Assembly (NCBI RefSeq): GCF_963506605.1
Contig: NC_083276.1
Coordinates: 76,942,001-77,006,000 of the forward strand
Origin: Zootoca vivipara
Taxonomy: Eukaryota
DNA length: 64,000 nucleotides
Reading direction: 5' to 3'
Both the position numbers and the translations under genes were made by a program. The notes beneath the pieces are model-generated. The model was given only the letters and a program-made list of their open reading frames with translations, ran no database searches and was not told the DNA's origin. Below, in pieces: positions 26,201-37,623 of the stretch; positions within the stretch are counted from its first letter, which is position 1; each line of letters starts with the position of its first letter.

Positions 26201-28490
26201 TGCTGAGTACACTCATTGGAGGGGTTGCAGTTAGGCAACATTTCTGAGTGTGATGAACAACAAGCTAAGGCAGGAGAGCTGAGCAGTAACTCTCCATAGG
26301 GTGCTTGTCAATTCTTCTGCTATGCTTGGCTGAAAATGAAGGTTTGGCACTACAGATACTGACTGTACTCCATTACTCTCATCTTTGGAAATAATCTCAA
26401 ATGCCAAGTTCTACAGATGCAGGCTAATAAATTATTTGTGTACAACTTAATCTCACCCAAAACTGAGGTAACACTGAGTAACACAGGATTGCACCCCGAG
26501 GTGCAAATTCAAGCAACCAGTTGCTCAGAGGAAGGAGTGTGGAGCAAACTACAATAAGTGATCTTTACATTCCAGAATAACTTCTGCACTTTTAATTTGG
26601 ATTTTCCCTGCTTGCAAAGGCATTGTTTTGGCTTGTCAACAACTTGCCTGAAATTCAGTAACATCACATCCTTGAAGATCTTTCTCCAAATTAACTCTCA
26701 GATTCCTACACAGCAGCAGCAACAGCTGCTCCCAGCCTTTCTTTAAAGTGAGCTCCCCTCAACCAGTGGTTCCTGTTCTTGGCTTAACCAAGCACCCCCC
26801 CCCCAAGAACTCGCTCCTCTGCTGGCCTGAAGGGGAACAGAGGACAGCTTTGTGCTGACAAGTTTCTCTTCAGCATTAAAGGCGGGATATTTTAGAAGCA
26901 GTATACTTCCTTATGCTGCTGTAATTTGTTTAGCAGCCCTGGATCAGCTGTGTGATAATTTTAGTTGTTCTTTTCGCCACTAAGAGTAGTCTAACATAAA
27001 ACAAACAAATAAAAACCAGGTGCATTTTAAAGCACCTTTCCAGATACCCTGCCTGGGATGTTACAAAGCCTTGTGAAAATCGTTTTAACATAGCCACATA
27101 GAAGGTCTGCTCCTCCGGCTGGGAATTAATTTTGGACATATTCATTATCCCACAACTGTATGTTAGGCTGAAATACTATAAAGGCCACTTGATGTGGAAA
27201 TAAAGGCCACAGTCCTGTACACACAGCCCCTCAGAGAGAATACTTCTTACAGTTGGACTTGTTGGGTTGTGCTGTTGCAACTCCTATTAAAAACCAACAG
27301 AACTTGTTTCCAAGGAGATAGGCTTAGATCAGGTTATTACGGCAAGATCCCAAGCATGCTTACTCAGAAGTAAGTGAGATGGCAGCCTTAGGACTAAATG
27401 AGAAAAGATAGGGCAGCCACATTCATTTATCCATGTGTCCTCTTTGTTCAGATTTAAAAAAACATGGAATACAGGGGGTGTAGTTGTAATGTTATGCTGA
27501 GAGCTGGTGTGGGGCAGCAAAAACCATTCTCCCTCCTCTTCCTTACCTCACTCAGTTCCATTGATCAAATGACTTTTCTTATAGCCCAGCTTTGCTACCA
27601 GATGTGAGGAAGGCAGGAAAGAAAAGTGTTTCAAGCAATGAAGTGCAGTCAGGTGACACATGGAAGGGCCTCCTTACTTGCATATAGAATCATAAAATTG
27701 TAGAGTTTTAAGGGACCCCGAGGGTCATCTTGTTCAACCTCCACATCTAGTTTCTCCCTAAGATGCTTGAGTTTCTGGCCACTGTTTTCTACCAATTCAG
27801 AGAGTTGGTGTGTTTCAAGAGGCCACCAGAAAAAAGTTTCTTTTTCCATATAATTGAGCATCCAATCCTAAGCAAGCATACTTGGAAGAAAATTCATCTG
27901 AACTCATGTTGTAGTAGGTCAGGTGTTACTTCCAAATTCAATTCAGATGCTTCAGATTAAACTGTAAATCAAATGCCTTTAGGGGATTTCTAATGCTACA
28001 TTTGAAAGATGCTAGGACCCCACAGAGAGTTAAACTGGTGTCTAAACATCTATGAAAAGCACTAATTCACACATTAAATTTTTGACCAACAACGAGAAAA
28101 AGTCTGGAAGCAGAAACAGGGTTGTGGCATGTGTAATACAACTCCAACATAATACTTATTTTCAGAGATTTTTATAACAGGTGCAACTCCCAAGAGTTTG
28201 CCTGCATCTTGTAAAACAGCTCTTCTAAAGAGCAGGGACGCGTTCAGCGAGACTTTGGGAAGAATGATAACACCTCACTTGAAAATACTGCTAAGTTCAC
28301 CAACACAGTTATCGGTATTTGCCATACAAAAAGTTTGTCTAGAAATAAATAAATAAATAACCCATTCACCTACCCAAACAGCCAATAGGTACCTGAAGAA
28401 AGTCTTGCTGGCTGCTGTGGTCCTGTGTGCTGCTGATCTTTCTTCTGTCCGTGCTGCTCTCCTCTCAGAGCCCAGGAAAGTATGGCTGAT
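23291..28490 (-). other. Candidate spliced transcript (lncRNA or microprotein gene). Exons ~28490-28393, 27867-27793, 27594-27547, 26705-26648 (GC donor), 23422-23291+
   Basis: Co-oriented splice sites: CAG|GTACCT, TTG|GTAGAA, GAG|GTAAGG, CAG|GCAAGT. The last exon is open for 43 aa (VPLPSAPC...LIPKFLF*). A promoter motif cluster lies directly upstream. Confidence 0.4.
24105..24297 (+). mobile_element. CR1 LINE 3' end
   Basis: AACATCAGGAAGAACTTTCTGACAGTAAGAGCTGTT...GGGTTGGACTAGATGACCC. Confidence 0.85.
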
Positions 28491-28497
28491 CTGCTTC

Positions 28498-28730
28498 TCG
28501 TTGCCACGGACACCTAGGCTTTCAAAAAAGGAGCCACTGACCAATCAGGCCTCAGGGCTAGAATGGCTCTCAGCCCTAGGTCATGTGACACGTCCGTGTC
28601 TGTCTGAGTGAAAAGCATGACAATATCCATAAGGACCAAAGGGAGCTTGTCTTTGTATGACTCCAACGCTTTCCACACACCCCCAGCCGCTCCTGCAGAG
28701 CCCCTCTTGACGGGAATCCTATTTAAGCCC
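28498..28730 (-). promoter_or_regulatory. Promoter-like motif cluster
   Basis: X-box-like GTTGCCACGGACAC (28500-28513), GACCAATCAG (~28539-28548), GGTCATGTGACACGTC (~28579-28594), TATA/MEF2-like CCTATTTAAG (~28718-28727). AP-1 sites lie just outside, near 28800 and 28920. Confidence 0.55.
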
Positions 28731-30589
28731 TGTCCCACAAAGCTGCAAGTGGGAGGGGAGGGGGGAGAAAGGGCCCCCGAGAGGAGAATGGATGAGGCTG
28801 AGTCAATGCAATGAACCTGCCTTGCACTTCCCGCAAATCTGATTTTAAAACTTTCTATCTTTTATCTGACCGTCATTTCACATCTGACTCTTAACTGCTG
28901 CTTTCATGTTGAAAGTTACTGACTCAGCTAACCTGACCAGAAATTGAAGGGCAGTCAGTCGAGGCCTGAGGAGGCAAGTGCTAGGGGCTTTCCATACAGC
29001 CAGTCCAAGTGTGCTCCAACTGCATTTCTTCCTTTGCACGATATTCCCTTGAGTCCCACTCATGAGGACAACAGCGCAATTTCACAGCTACATCAAGATA
29101 TCTGTGTGGGTGTCCACATACATCTACCCTTTATATTAAAAAGCCAAAAAAGATGTGTGCTCCACAGTGAAGCAGCGAATTATGTCAATTCCAAAGAATA
29201 CAAATACAATATTCACAAAATGGAGAGAGATTGTTAAGGAGAGGAGAAAAGGTATGGCTCCGCTAATGCTCAGCCTCCTTCCTTTCAATAACATGATTAC
29301 ATGAGAAGGATTACCAACAGGATTTTCTGGGCCCTGTACAAAATTTCTATCCAGCACCCCTGACCCAAATTGTATAATTTGGAGCTCTTGGGAGAAGAAA
29401 TTGGAATAACAAGTTTAGCAAGCTGCAAAAGGGATGGTGCAGGAAAGAAACCACAGTTATGTACACTAGACGGTCAGAGCCTGAGCATTTCGAGCCCCCT
29501 CACTCTCTGCTGCTAATGCATCACCATGACTACACCACAACATTGTTGTAAGAAGTTCACACACAGGCTCAGAGTTGTCATGTGGGGGGTAGGTTTCCTA
29601 CAAGTTGCAGAGCTCCATATAGTTTCATCTCCATACGTCTGTCAATTAGTGCTCCTATTCGGAGGTAGGGCCAGCCCAATACATTTTGCAGCCTGAGGTA
29701 AATTATTACTTACTTACTGGGTTGCCACAGCCATTCTGGGTGGCTTCCAACACAATAAAAACACAGCAAAACAGCAAACATTAAAGGTAGCATCCTACAC
29801 CCCATGCACAGAAGCTGACTGAAAGTTGACTCTTCTTTCAAAAATGAAGATGGTATAGTTAGCTCACTGCAATTGAAGGCAGCAGACTAGCCTAGGAAAC
29901 ATTTAACAGGCCACCGGGGGGGGGGGGCACACAATTGTTTTCCAACAGCTTTCCAATGCTCCCCTGACCTCCATGCAGCAGTTGTCTAATGGTCCTGCTT
30001 GAAGCACATATCCTCTAAATAATTCCCGCATACAAAATAAGAACCAATAAAAGTAGCTGAATTTGGCTGTGGGCAAGAAGGGAAGGGGCATTATGCAAAC
30101 ACACCAATGATACTTGGATAACCACTTTCTATTCAGCAATAATTTCAACCCCCCAAAATGCAGTGAATAGCAGAAGGCTGGAGAGGGAGAGAAACAAACT
30201 TTCCCCGTATATTGCTTTGTGAAGTACACAGTATTACCATATTCCCACAACAGAAGCACAGCCTTGAGGGAAGGTATACGGTGTGTAGACAACAAACTGT
30301 GGGAAAGGGCCCCAGTCTCACTCAGCACAACTGAATAATGAGCAGGGGGCCACCTACTGTGCATGTAGCTCCTGCAAATCCACCTACATCTATTTCTGCC
30401 CCATCAGCTCCACTGCGTATAAATTATATGTTTTCTCTCTGTATCTGTCTTGCCCTTGGGACTTAGAGAGCATATTGCATAACCAAACAAGTTACCTGTT
30501 GCTATGTCATATCACTCCTTCAAATAGCAAACTCAGGGTGCCAAAACACAGGGGGGGGGGTACCAGCATGCATGCTTGAGGGCATGAAC

Positions 30590-30910
30590 ATCTGCAGGAA
30601 TTTTTCCAGATGACAATATCCTTTTGGAAGCGAGGCAACCCAAACTGTACCTGCTGCTCCAACTGTGGTTTCCCCATAGGTTATGATATAGTATAACCAT
30701 AGTATAACTGCATTTTGATATTGGCAGTTTTCTTTTCTTTTTATCCCTTCCTTAATGATCCCTAACATGGAATTCACCATTTTTCACAGCTGATGCACGC
30801 TGGGTTGACATCTTCATCATGCTATCCACTATGGCCCCGAGGTCTTGTTCCTTGTGAATCACTACCAGTTCAGATGCCAGTAGTTTATATGAGAGATTTG
30901 GATTCTGTCC
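30590..30910 (-). mobile_element. CR1 LINE ORF2 fragment
   Basis: Degenerate ...NSMLGII..GI...ILWLY and DLGAIVD-like motifs on the minus strand. Confidence 0.72.
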
Positions 30911-32444
30911 ATCACTTGACATTATTGTAAAAAGATGGAGGAGGGGTTTAGAATCATTTGTTTATAACCCAGACTTGGGGTTGTTTTTCGCTGTGATAAT
31001 AACATCTCCATATATTTTTTTGGGGGGGGGGAGTTTCTAATTATCTGAATGCATATTAAATGAGAAATGTAATTCAAGCTCTTCTAATTGATGAAATGGA
31101 AAGGTGCTGACATGACAACCGAATTTGCCTTTGGCACAAGCCGAAGCTTTTACAGCTTTAACTAAAGGCTACATGTGTGGCTTTTGGTTTTGGTTTTTCT
31201 AACTCTGCAAAACAAGCTATAAGAGTCCATTGCATGCTGCACTGTTAAAGCAGCTGATTTGCTTTGGGTTTGTGTCTGAAAGCATTAGCCAGCTCATAAA
31301 GCTCTTATGTGGACCAGCTACTATATAATTAAACAGAGGCACACACGACTCTTGGGGATGAATTACATTACCACTACTTGCTACTGAATTTAGTATCCTG
31401 AAAAAACAACAACCATGCCTCAAATTTGTATTTAGAGCACAGTAAATCCCAGGGCATTGTAGCTTCAAATCTCCTGCTCACGGTTTTGGATTATTGTGTG
31501 TGGTTTCTGTGTATTGTGACTGTGCCGAGATCCAGCATCACATATTACGTATTCATTTACCCTGCCACTGCCACAGAGGAGAGCAAAATGGCCTTAATTA
31601 TTCATTCCAAATGTGGATTTTCTTCTTGACTACGTAAATTCATTTGCAAAATGAAGTGAACCAAGAAATAATTGTGATTTACTGTGAATGCAAGCTCTAC
31701 AACAGTTTCTAGCTCATTATCTTGAGCTTGTTACTCAGGTGCCATTGTGTGTTGGTGTACGAAATGTGGGGTGTGTGTGTTTGTGTGTGCCAAACGGAGT
31801 CTTTGACCCAGGTGAAATAAAGCCTAGTTTCGCCCCTGTCCCTCCACCCCTGGTTCCTGTGCAATGGTCCTGGAAGTGGCAATAAGCAGCACACTGAGTT
31901 TGTGGCCATTTTACTTTTCTGCAGTGTCCCAGAGCACTATGGGAAATAGTTGCTCCAAACTGCCTGGCATTGAGGGTCCCAGAAAGGCTTCACTTCCCCA
32001 AAGTTGCCACATGCTGACTTGGATCTAGGCACATACAGAGAAAGCCTTGGTTCCTTGTATAAAAGATCCCCTGTATAAAAGAGTTGAAAGCATACTCATG
32101 AGCTATGTAAATATTTCACCCAGATAAACTCAGCCTGCTTATTTTGAGTTACCATGAAAGTTCATGCAAAATCAAAAGTAATACCACTGCCACCAATATG
32201 CATCTTCAACTCAAGTAAGTTCCCCAAGGTTCAATATTTGTTGCTACTTCTCACATAGAACTGATTACATACTGGTCCTAGCATAAGCAATATAGCAGAG
32301 TACATAACAAGGATGTACTCTCACAGTTTAATTCACACACAGTCCTATACAATGTTTAATAAACCATAAGTTGCCTCACAGACCAGCAAACATGATGTGC
32401 CTTGATTCTCCAAAGCTTGGTTTTCCAGCTGCTTGTCTCATGTA

Positions 32445-32670
32445 CAGTGGTACCTCGGGTTACAAACGCTTCAGGTTACAGACTCCGCTAACCCAGAAAT
32501 AGTACCTCAGGTTAAGAACTTTGCTTCAGGATAAGAACAGAAATCATGCTCCAGCGGCACGGTGGCAGCAGGAGGCCCCATCAGCTAAAGTGGTGCTTCA
32601 GGTTAAGAACAGTTTCAGGTTAAGAACGGACCTCCGGAATGAATTAAGTTCTTAACCAGAGGTACCACTG
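32445..32670. mobile_element. Tc1/mariner (Tigger-like) MITE
   Basis: TIRs CAGTGGTACCTCGGGTTA...TAACCAGAGGTACCACTG, TA TSD. Confidence 0.9.
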
Positions 32671-33433
32671 TATTTGTAGCCTTATGAGCAGGGAGGTGGC
32701 CCCACACAAATTGGTTAGGCAAAGTTGTTGGAATCAAGCATAACACCAAACTACAGTTAATAGCAAGTCATGCTTTGTCAGCCAAAACCAAACCATGGCC
32801 TCATAACATGGTTTGCTGACAGGGGAAAACCCCCACGATTAATCTGCTAGGCTAGGTTCAAACATTTAACCAAAGAATAGTTAAGCTAAACAAGCCTTGG
32901 TTTGGTGTTATGTGCAAATGAGACCACTGAAATAGCATGAGGCAAACTTTGCAATATTTTAGTTCAGTATTTTAGACTTTGTTTGAAAGGTATTACTCCA
33001 AAAAAGAATACCCAGCAAAACTATGTAAGGACAAGGCAACTAGAGAAGTGGGAATGCGTAAATGAAGTGCATTGTACACCTCAGGTCTTGGATGTGGGCC
33101 CAGAAGTATTGATTTACTTTTTAATGTAATGCATGTTTATGTGAAGTAATTCAAAATTGTTCTATCAATGCAAGCTTGTATGATATTATTAAGCTCCAAA
33201 ATTCAAGAACTCTGTCAGCTTTCTGCAGGAGATATATTATTCTGAGCCAATTTATAAGTAACAAGGTTAGAATATAATTGGGGTCCAAGAAAACCATTCT
33301 TGGACGTACTTTCCCTAAATTAAAACAACTTAACAGAAAAAGGTGCAAAGATGTTGCACTAGTTGCACTAAAACAAGTGTATCAGGGCTGCCCTGGATGT
33401 TTTATCATTAGAGGCAAAACGGAAAATGCTGTA

Positions 33434-33645
33434 CAGTGGTACCTCTACTTACGAATGTTTCTACTTACGAATGTTTCTACTTACGAATGGAGCTCCGTCC
33501 GCCATCTTGGATGCGGTTTAGATAGGATTTTTTCTACTTACGAATTTTTCTCCCAATGCATTCCTATGGGATTCGACTTACAATTTTTTCCCACTTACAA
33601 ATGTGCGTTTGGAACGCATTAAATTCGTAAGTAGAGGTACCACTG
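33434..33645. mobile_element. Tc1/mariner (Tigger-like) MITE
   Basis: TIR CAGTGGTACCTCTACTTACGAAT, TA TSD; second copy at 55962-56204. Confidence 0.92.
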
Positions 33646-33922
33646 TATTTGCCATGTACCCACACATCCACTGCCGGCAACTCATGCCGGCAGTGGGCAT
33701 GAGGGCAGTGGACACGCAGCAGAGGAGGCGGACGCAGCAGAGGAGGGGGCCAACAATTGCCAGAGGCAGTAAGCAGCACATTGCTAAAGAGCTGGGTTTG
33801 CCACCGCTCCCAGCTATCTGGAATCAGCAGCCCTGAGGCAACTACCTCACCTCAGGTAGGGCAGGCTGGCCCTGTGGTATATGCATTGCAAACTCTAACC
33901 ATTTGTGTAAATAGTTCTCACA

Positions 33923-34522
33923 TGTGACCAAAGAGTTATTTCTGAACAAACCAGCAGTAAATCACACGAAGTAAGTGAAGTGAACTCTTTATTAGACAAA
34001 ACACACACACCTGGGATCTCCATAGGAGTGTCAGGCCTAATTAACACAGCAACTCTTCAGTAGGCCTTGCCCCCATGAAGCAGTTGCTGAGACTGATGGT
34101 CCCCTCCTCCCCAAAGCGGCCTAAGTCCCCACCTTTCCAATTTGAGACTGTGCCTGTCTTTGCTCCTCCCACTTTATGACTCTCCTGGTTCTGGGAGACC
34201 GGGGGGGCGGGGGCGGGGAGGAGAGCTTGTCGCAGCAGAAGGGGGAGACACCCATGCCTCTTCACCAGCCTGACTCATCTCTCTGCCTCTTGACCTCCCT
34301 CATCGCACTCACCTACCGCAGCTTCTAGCTCTGATTCTGAACTGTTCACTAAGCCCTGTTAGCTCTTCAGCTTCTGACACGTCTTCCCAGTCTTCTCCTT
34401 CTTCTCCCTCTGACCACTCATTGTCGTCTCACCACCAATCCCCGGGCTCTGAGCCTTCTTCCTTTGAGGGTTCCCCAGCTGGTTCCTCCCACCATTCCTC
34501 TGTGTCCAGCCAGTCCATGACA
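33923..34522 (-). mobile_element. Solo LTR-like element
   Basis: Minus strand begins TGTCATGGACTGGC...GAGGAATGGTGG, like the LTR at 47467; has AATAAA and ends in CA. No clear TSD. Confidence 0.55.
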
Positions 34523-36593
34523 ATTCTTCAGAAGGGTTGGCTGTCTGGCTTCTGTTGTTTGAGACAGCCACAGCAGTTGCAGGTATAGCCTACTGTGGTT
34601 TCTGGTAATGGAGGACATCTGGTTGGCAATGTATGGGCTTCCAAAATTTTCAGGCTCCTGAATCCTCATTGTGATGATGGAGAGAAGGAGCACACCCAGA
34701 GATGGGTCCTGGGTCCCCTTCTCCAACAAATTATCATAGCACTATTCCTTCAGGTTCTGCTATCACAATGCTGATCCATTATTAACTTATGAGTATCTAG
34801 AATTAGCCTGCATGCTTCCTTGTTTCACCTAACAGATTTGCAGTGCTGCATTCACAGTCCTGCCCACTAGAGAAGAGGGTTCCCACAAGGCGAATGTATT
34901 CAGAATGGAATGTCAGTATTTCTTTTTCTCACATTTTCAAACACATACACCCCCATAAAAGTCAAACTTCTCAATTTGTTGGTTGTGTGATACTGCCCTT
35001 TATCTCATTCCTAAAGCATTCCTTCCTACCATCCGGTTCATCAAAGCACACAATACTGATCAAATAAAACGTGCTGTTAGGAAAGCCAATAGTCACAAAC
35101 ATATTGTAAATGCTAACTTCAGCATCTAAAATCCATACCACCCCACTTTCTCCACATTAACTCCAAACCCATTGAATTCTAATGGATCCGATCCTATCCT
35201 ATCCACAGCAGTGGATCTCTTTCCCTGAAACAGCTGTCAACATTATAGCTAGTGAGCAGAAAGGTACCCAATGCAGATAGCTATATATAGCTGCAGATAA
35301 AAATGCTGTTGTGAATCGCATCCATAGCAACACACTACCATGCTGCAAAGTACAAAATCAGTAAGGTCACAAAGATTTAAAAATGGAGGCTACAAGAGCT
35401 TAGGTTGGACAGTTACATGAGAAACTGATGGAAAAATAAAACCATTGGATTGGACTGAGACTTATTCATGTTTGAAGCAGAGCCATGAAAATCAATGATT
35501 GGTTTACCCCAAGCATGAATGCCAGAATCCCACCCATTGGCTGCATTCAAGTGTCAAAATAAACCATGGTTTATTATGAGGGGAATGGACCATGCTCAGG
35601 ATTACACAACTCCCATTCATCCCTTCTTCTGGCACAGCTTCAAAAAGGTATTCAGAAGCTTTTGTGTGCATTTTTGATTAACCACAGGTTGCCATTTCAT
35701 CCAGCTACAACAAACTGTAGTGTAAAAAATAACAGCCTACATAACTACTCATACTGCTGGGGAAAACAGTGCAGAGAAAGAGGGGAAACAATCAACTATT
35801 TTGTACATTACAAAAGCTTGCATTGCTGCTGGTCTGGAGCTTATTCCTCCTTGCCACAGGCTACCATGCAAGTACCGGTACATACGGTATTTACAAGCCT
35901 GTAGCTAGCAAGTGTAAAGTAGTAGTGATAGTGACTTGATATTATGTGCAGCTAGGGCCAACCTGAGATACATTAAAACATGAAAATTGAGGAGTTTTGA
36001 TTTTGTGTTTTAAAACACACTGATCTCTATACCACCGCACAGGCTGTAAATAGCAAAGAAGATTAGAACACACTAGAACACAGAGTAGAATGAGATTAGA
36101 AATGGCATTACAGGTTTAAAGGCCCTTACCTTGCCACCTGTCAAAGAGACGCACACGATACCAATTCTCCCAAAACAGTTGCAACAGACTAGAGAAACCA
36201 GTACAAGGTTCTGTTATGAGGCCAGAGACTGCAGTGCTCAGGTGGATGTGTTATTAGAACAAGAACCAGAGTTGGGAGGGTGCTGAGTTAGGTTAAAGGT
36301 CCATATTGTATGTTCACAGGAGACTAAATAGATTGTAAAGTAAAAATCCAATTAGCAAGTCTAACTGTAAGAAGTTGGGCTTTGAAACAGCATCAACAAA
36401 TTGTATTAGCAGCCAAGGAAGGGATCAGAACAAAAATTAGAAAAAGCAGATTTATACAATTGACTAGCTGACCCGGCCACGCATTGCTGTGGTTCTTTCC
36501 TGTGACCCCCCTCCATCCTGTCCCGATCCATGACGTATCCTGCCCCTCCTCCCTCCACCCCGGCTCCTCCCTGTGTTTCGGTAGGATACCCTT

Positions 36594-36884
36594 CCCTCTG
36601 TTGTCCCTGGGGAGTGTTGGCCCCTCCCCCCTGTATCTCCATACCTTGGCCCCCACCCTTCGAAGAGGAACTGTCAGCTTCTAGGTTCTATTTCCCAGCA
36701 TGCACTTTTGTCTGAGCCCTCTGTTGTCCCTGGGGAGTGTTGGCCCCTCCCCCATGTATCTCCATACCTTGCCCCCCACCCTTCGAAGAGGAACTGTCAG
36801 CTTCTAGGTTCTATTTCCCAGTATTTACTTTTGTCTGAGCCCTCGGTTGTTCCCTCCCCCTTGTATCTCCATACATTGGCCCCT
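36594..36884. repeat. 123-bp tandem repeat, ~2.4 copies
   Basis: Units start at 36594, 36717 and 36840. Confidence 0.93.
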
Positions 36885-37207
36885 GTGCACGCATCGTGAA
36901 CATTTCTATATATTTAGATTAAGGATCTGAGGTGATGATGCGCCCTGGAACCCAGAGAACTACTTTAAAAATCCCGACCGGGGGGGGTGTCAAATAGCGA
37001 AGCCCCACAGCCCTGTAGCAACAGACAGGCCCAGACAGAAGGAGGGGGGTCATATGGGCCACTTGGCGCGGGCCTCCAGATCCCCCTGAGCCTCAGAGTC
37101 CCCCTGTTTTACAGGATCTTGTGGCAGAGGCGGGGTTTGTGGGTGTGGCGCATTGTTGTGGCTAATCCCTGTGACTGCCCCAACGTGTCCTGATCCATGA
37201 TCTATTC

Positions 37208-37623
37208 CAGGGGTCCCCAAACTACGGCCCCCGGGCCGGATGCGGCCCAATCGGCCTCCCAATCCGGCCCGCGACGACCCCTGCCGCCCGCTGCCGCCGC
37301 CCGCTCTTACGACGCGCGGCGCGGCGACGATCAGAAAAATCGGCAAAAAATCGCCGGAAATCCATTTTGTGCATGCGTATGGGCCTCTCCCGACCCAGAA
37401 GAGGTCATTTCCGATGCACTTCCGGGTCGGGGGAGGCCCATACGCATGCGCACAAGCGATTTTCGGCGATTTCCCCCCCCGCCCGTGTGCGTGTGCGCAT
37501 GCGCACGGGCACGCACTCCCCCGCCCTCCGGCCCGCTGCGCGCGCACTCCCCTGCCCTCCGGCTCGCCGCGCGGTCGGCGCGGCGGGCACCGGCCCACTG
37601 CGCGGTAAGTCTGGGGGGCCCTG
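37208..37623. mobile_element. Young CpG-rich hAT MITE (OposCharlie/OC1-like termini)
   Basis: CAGGGGTCCCCAAACTACGGCCC...AGTCTGGGGGGCCCTG; perfect 8-bp TSD ATCTATTC (37200-37207, 37624-37631); central palindrome. Confidence 0.92.
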
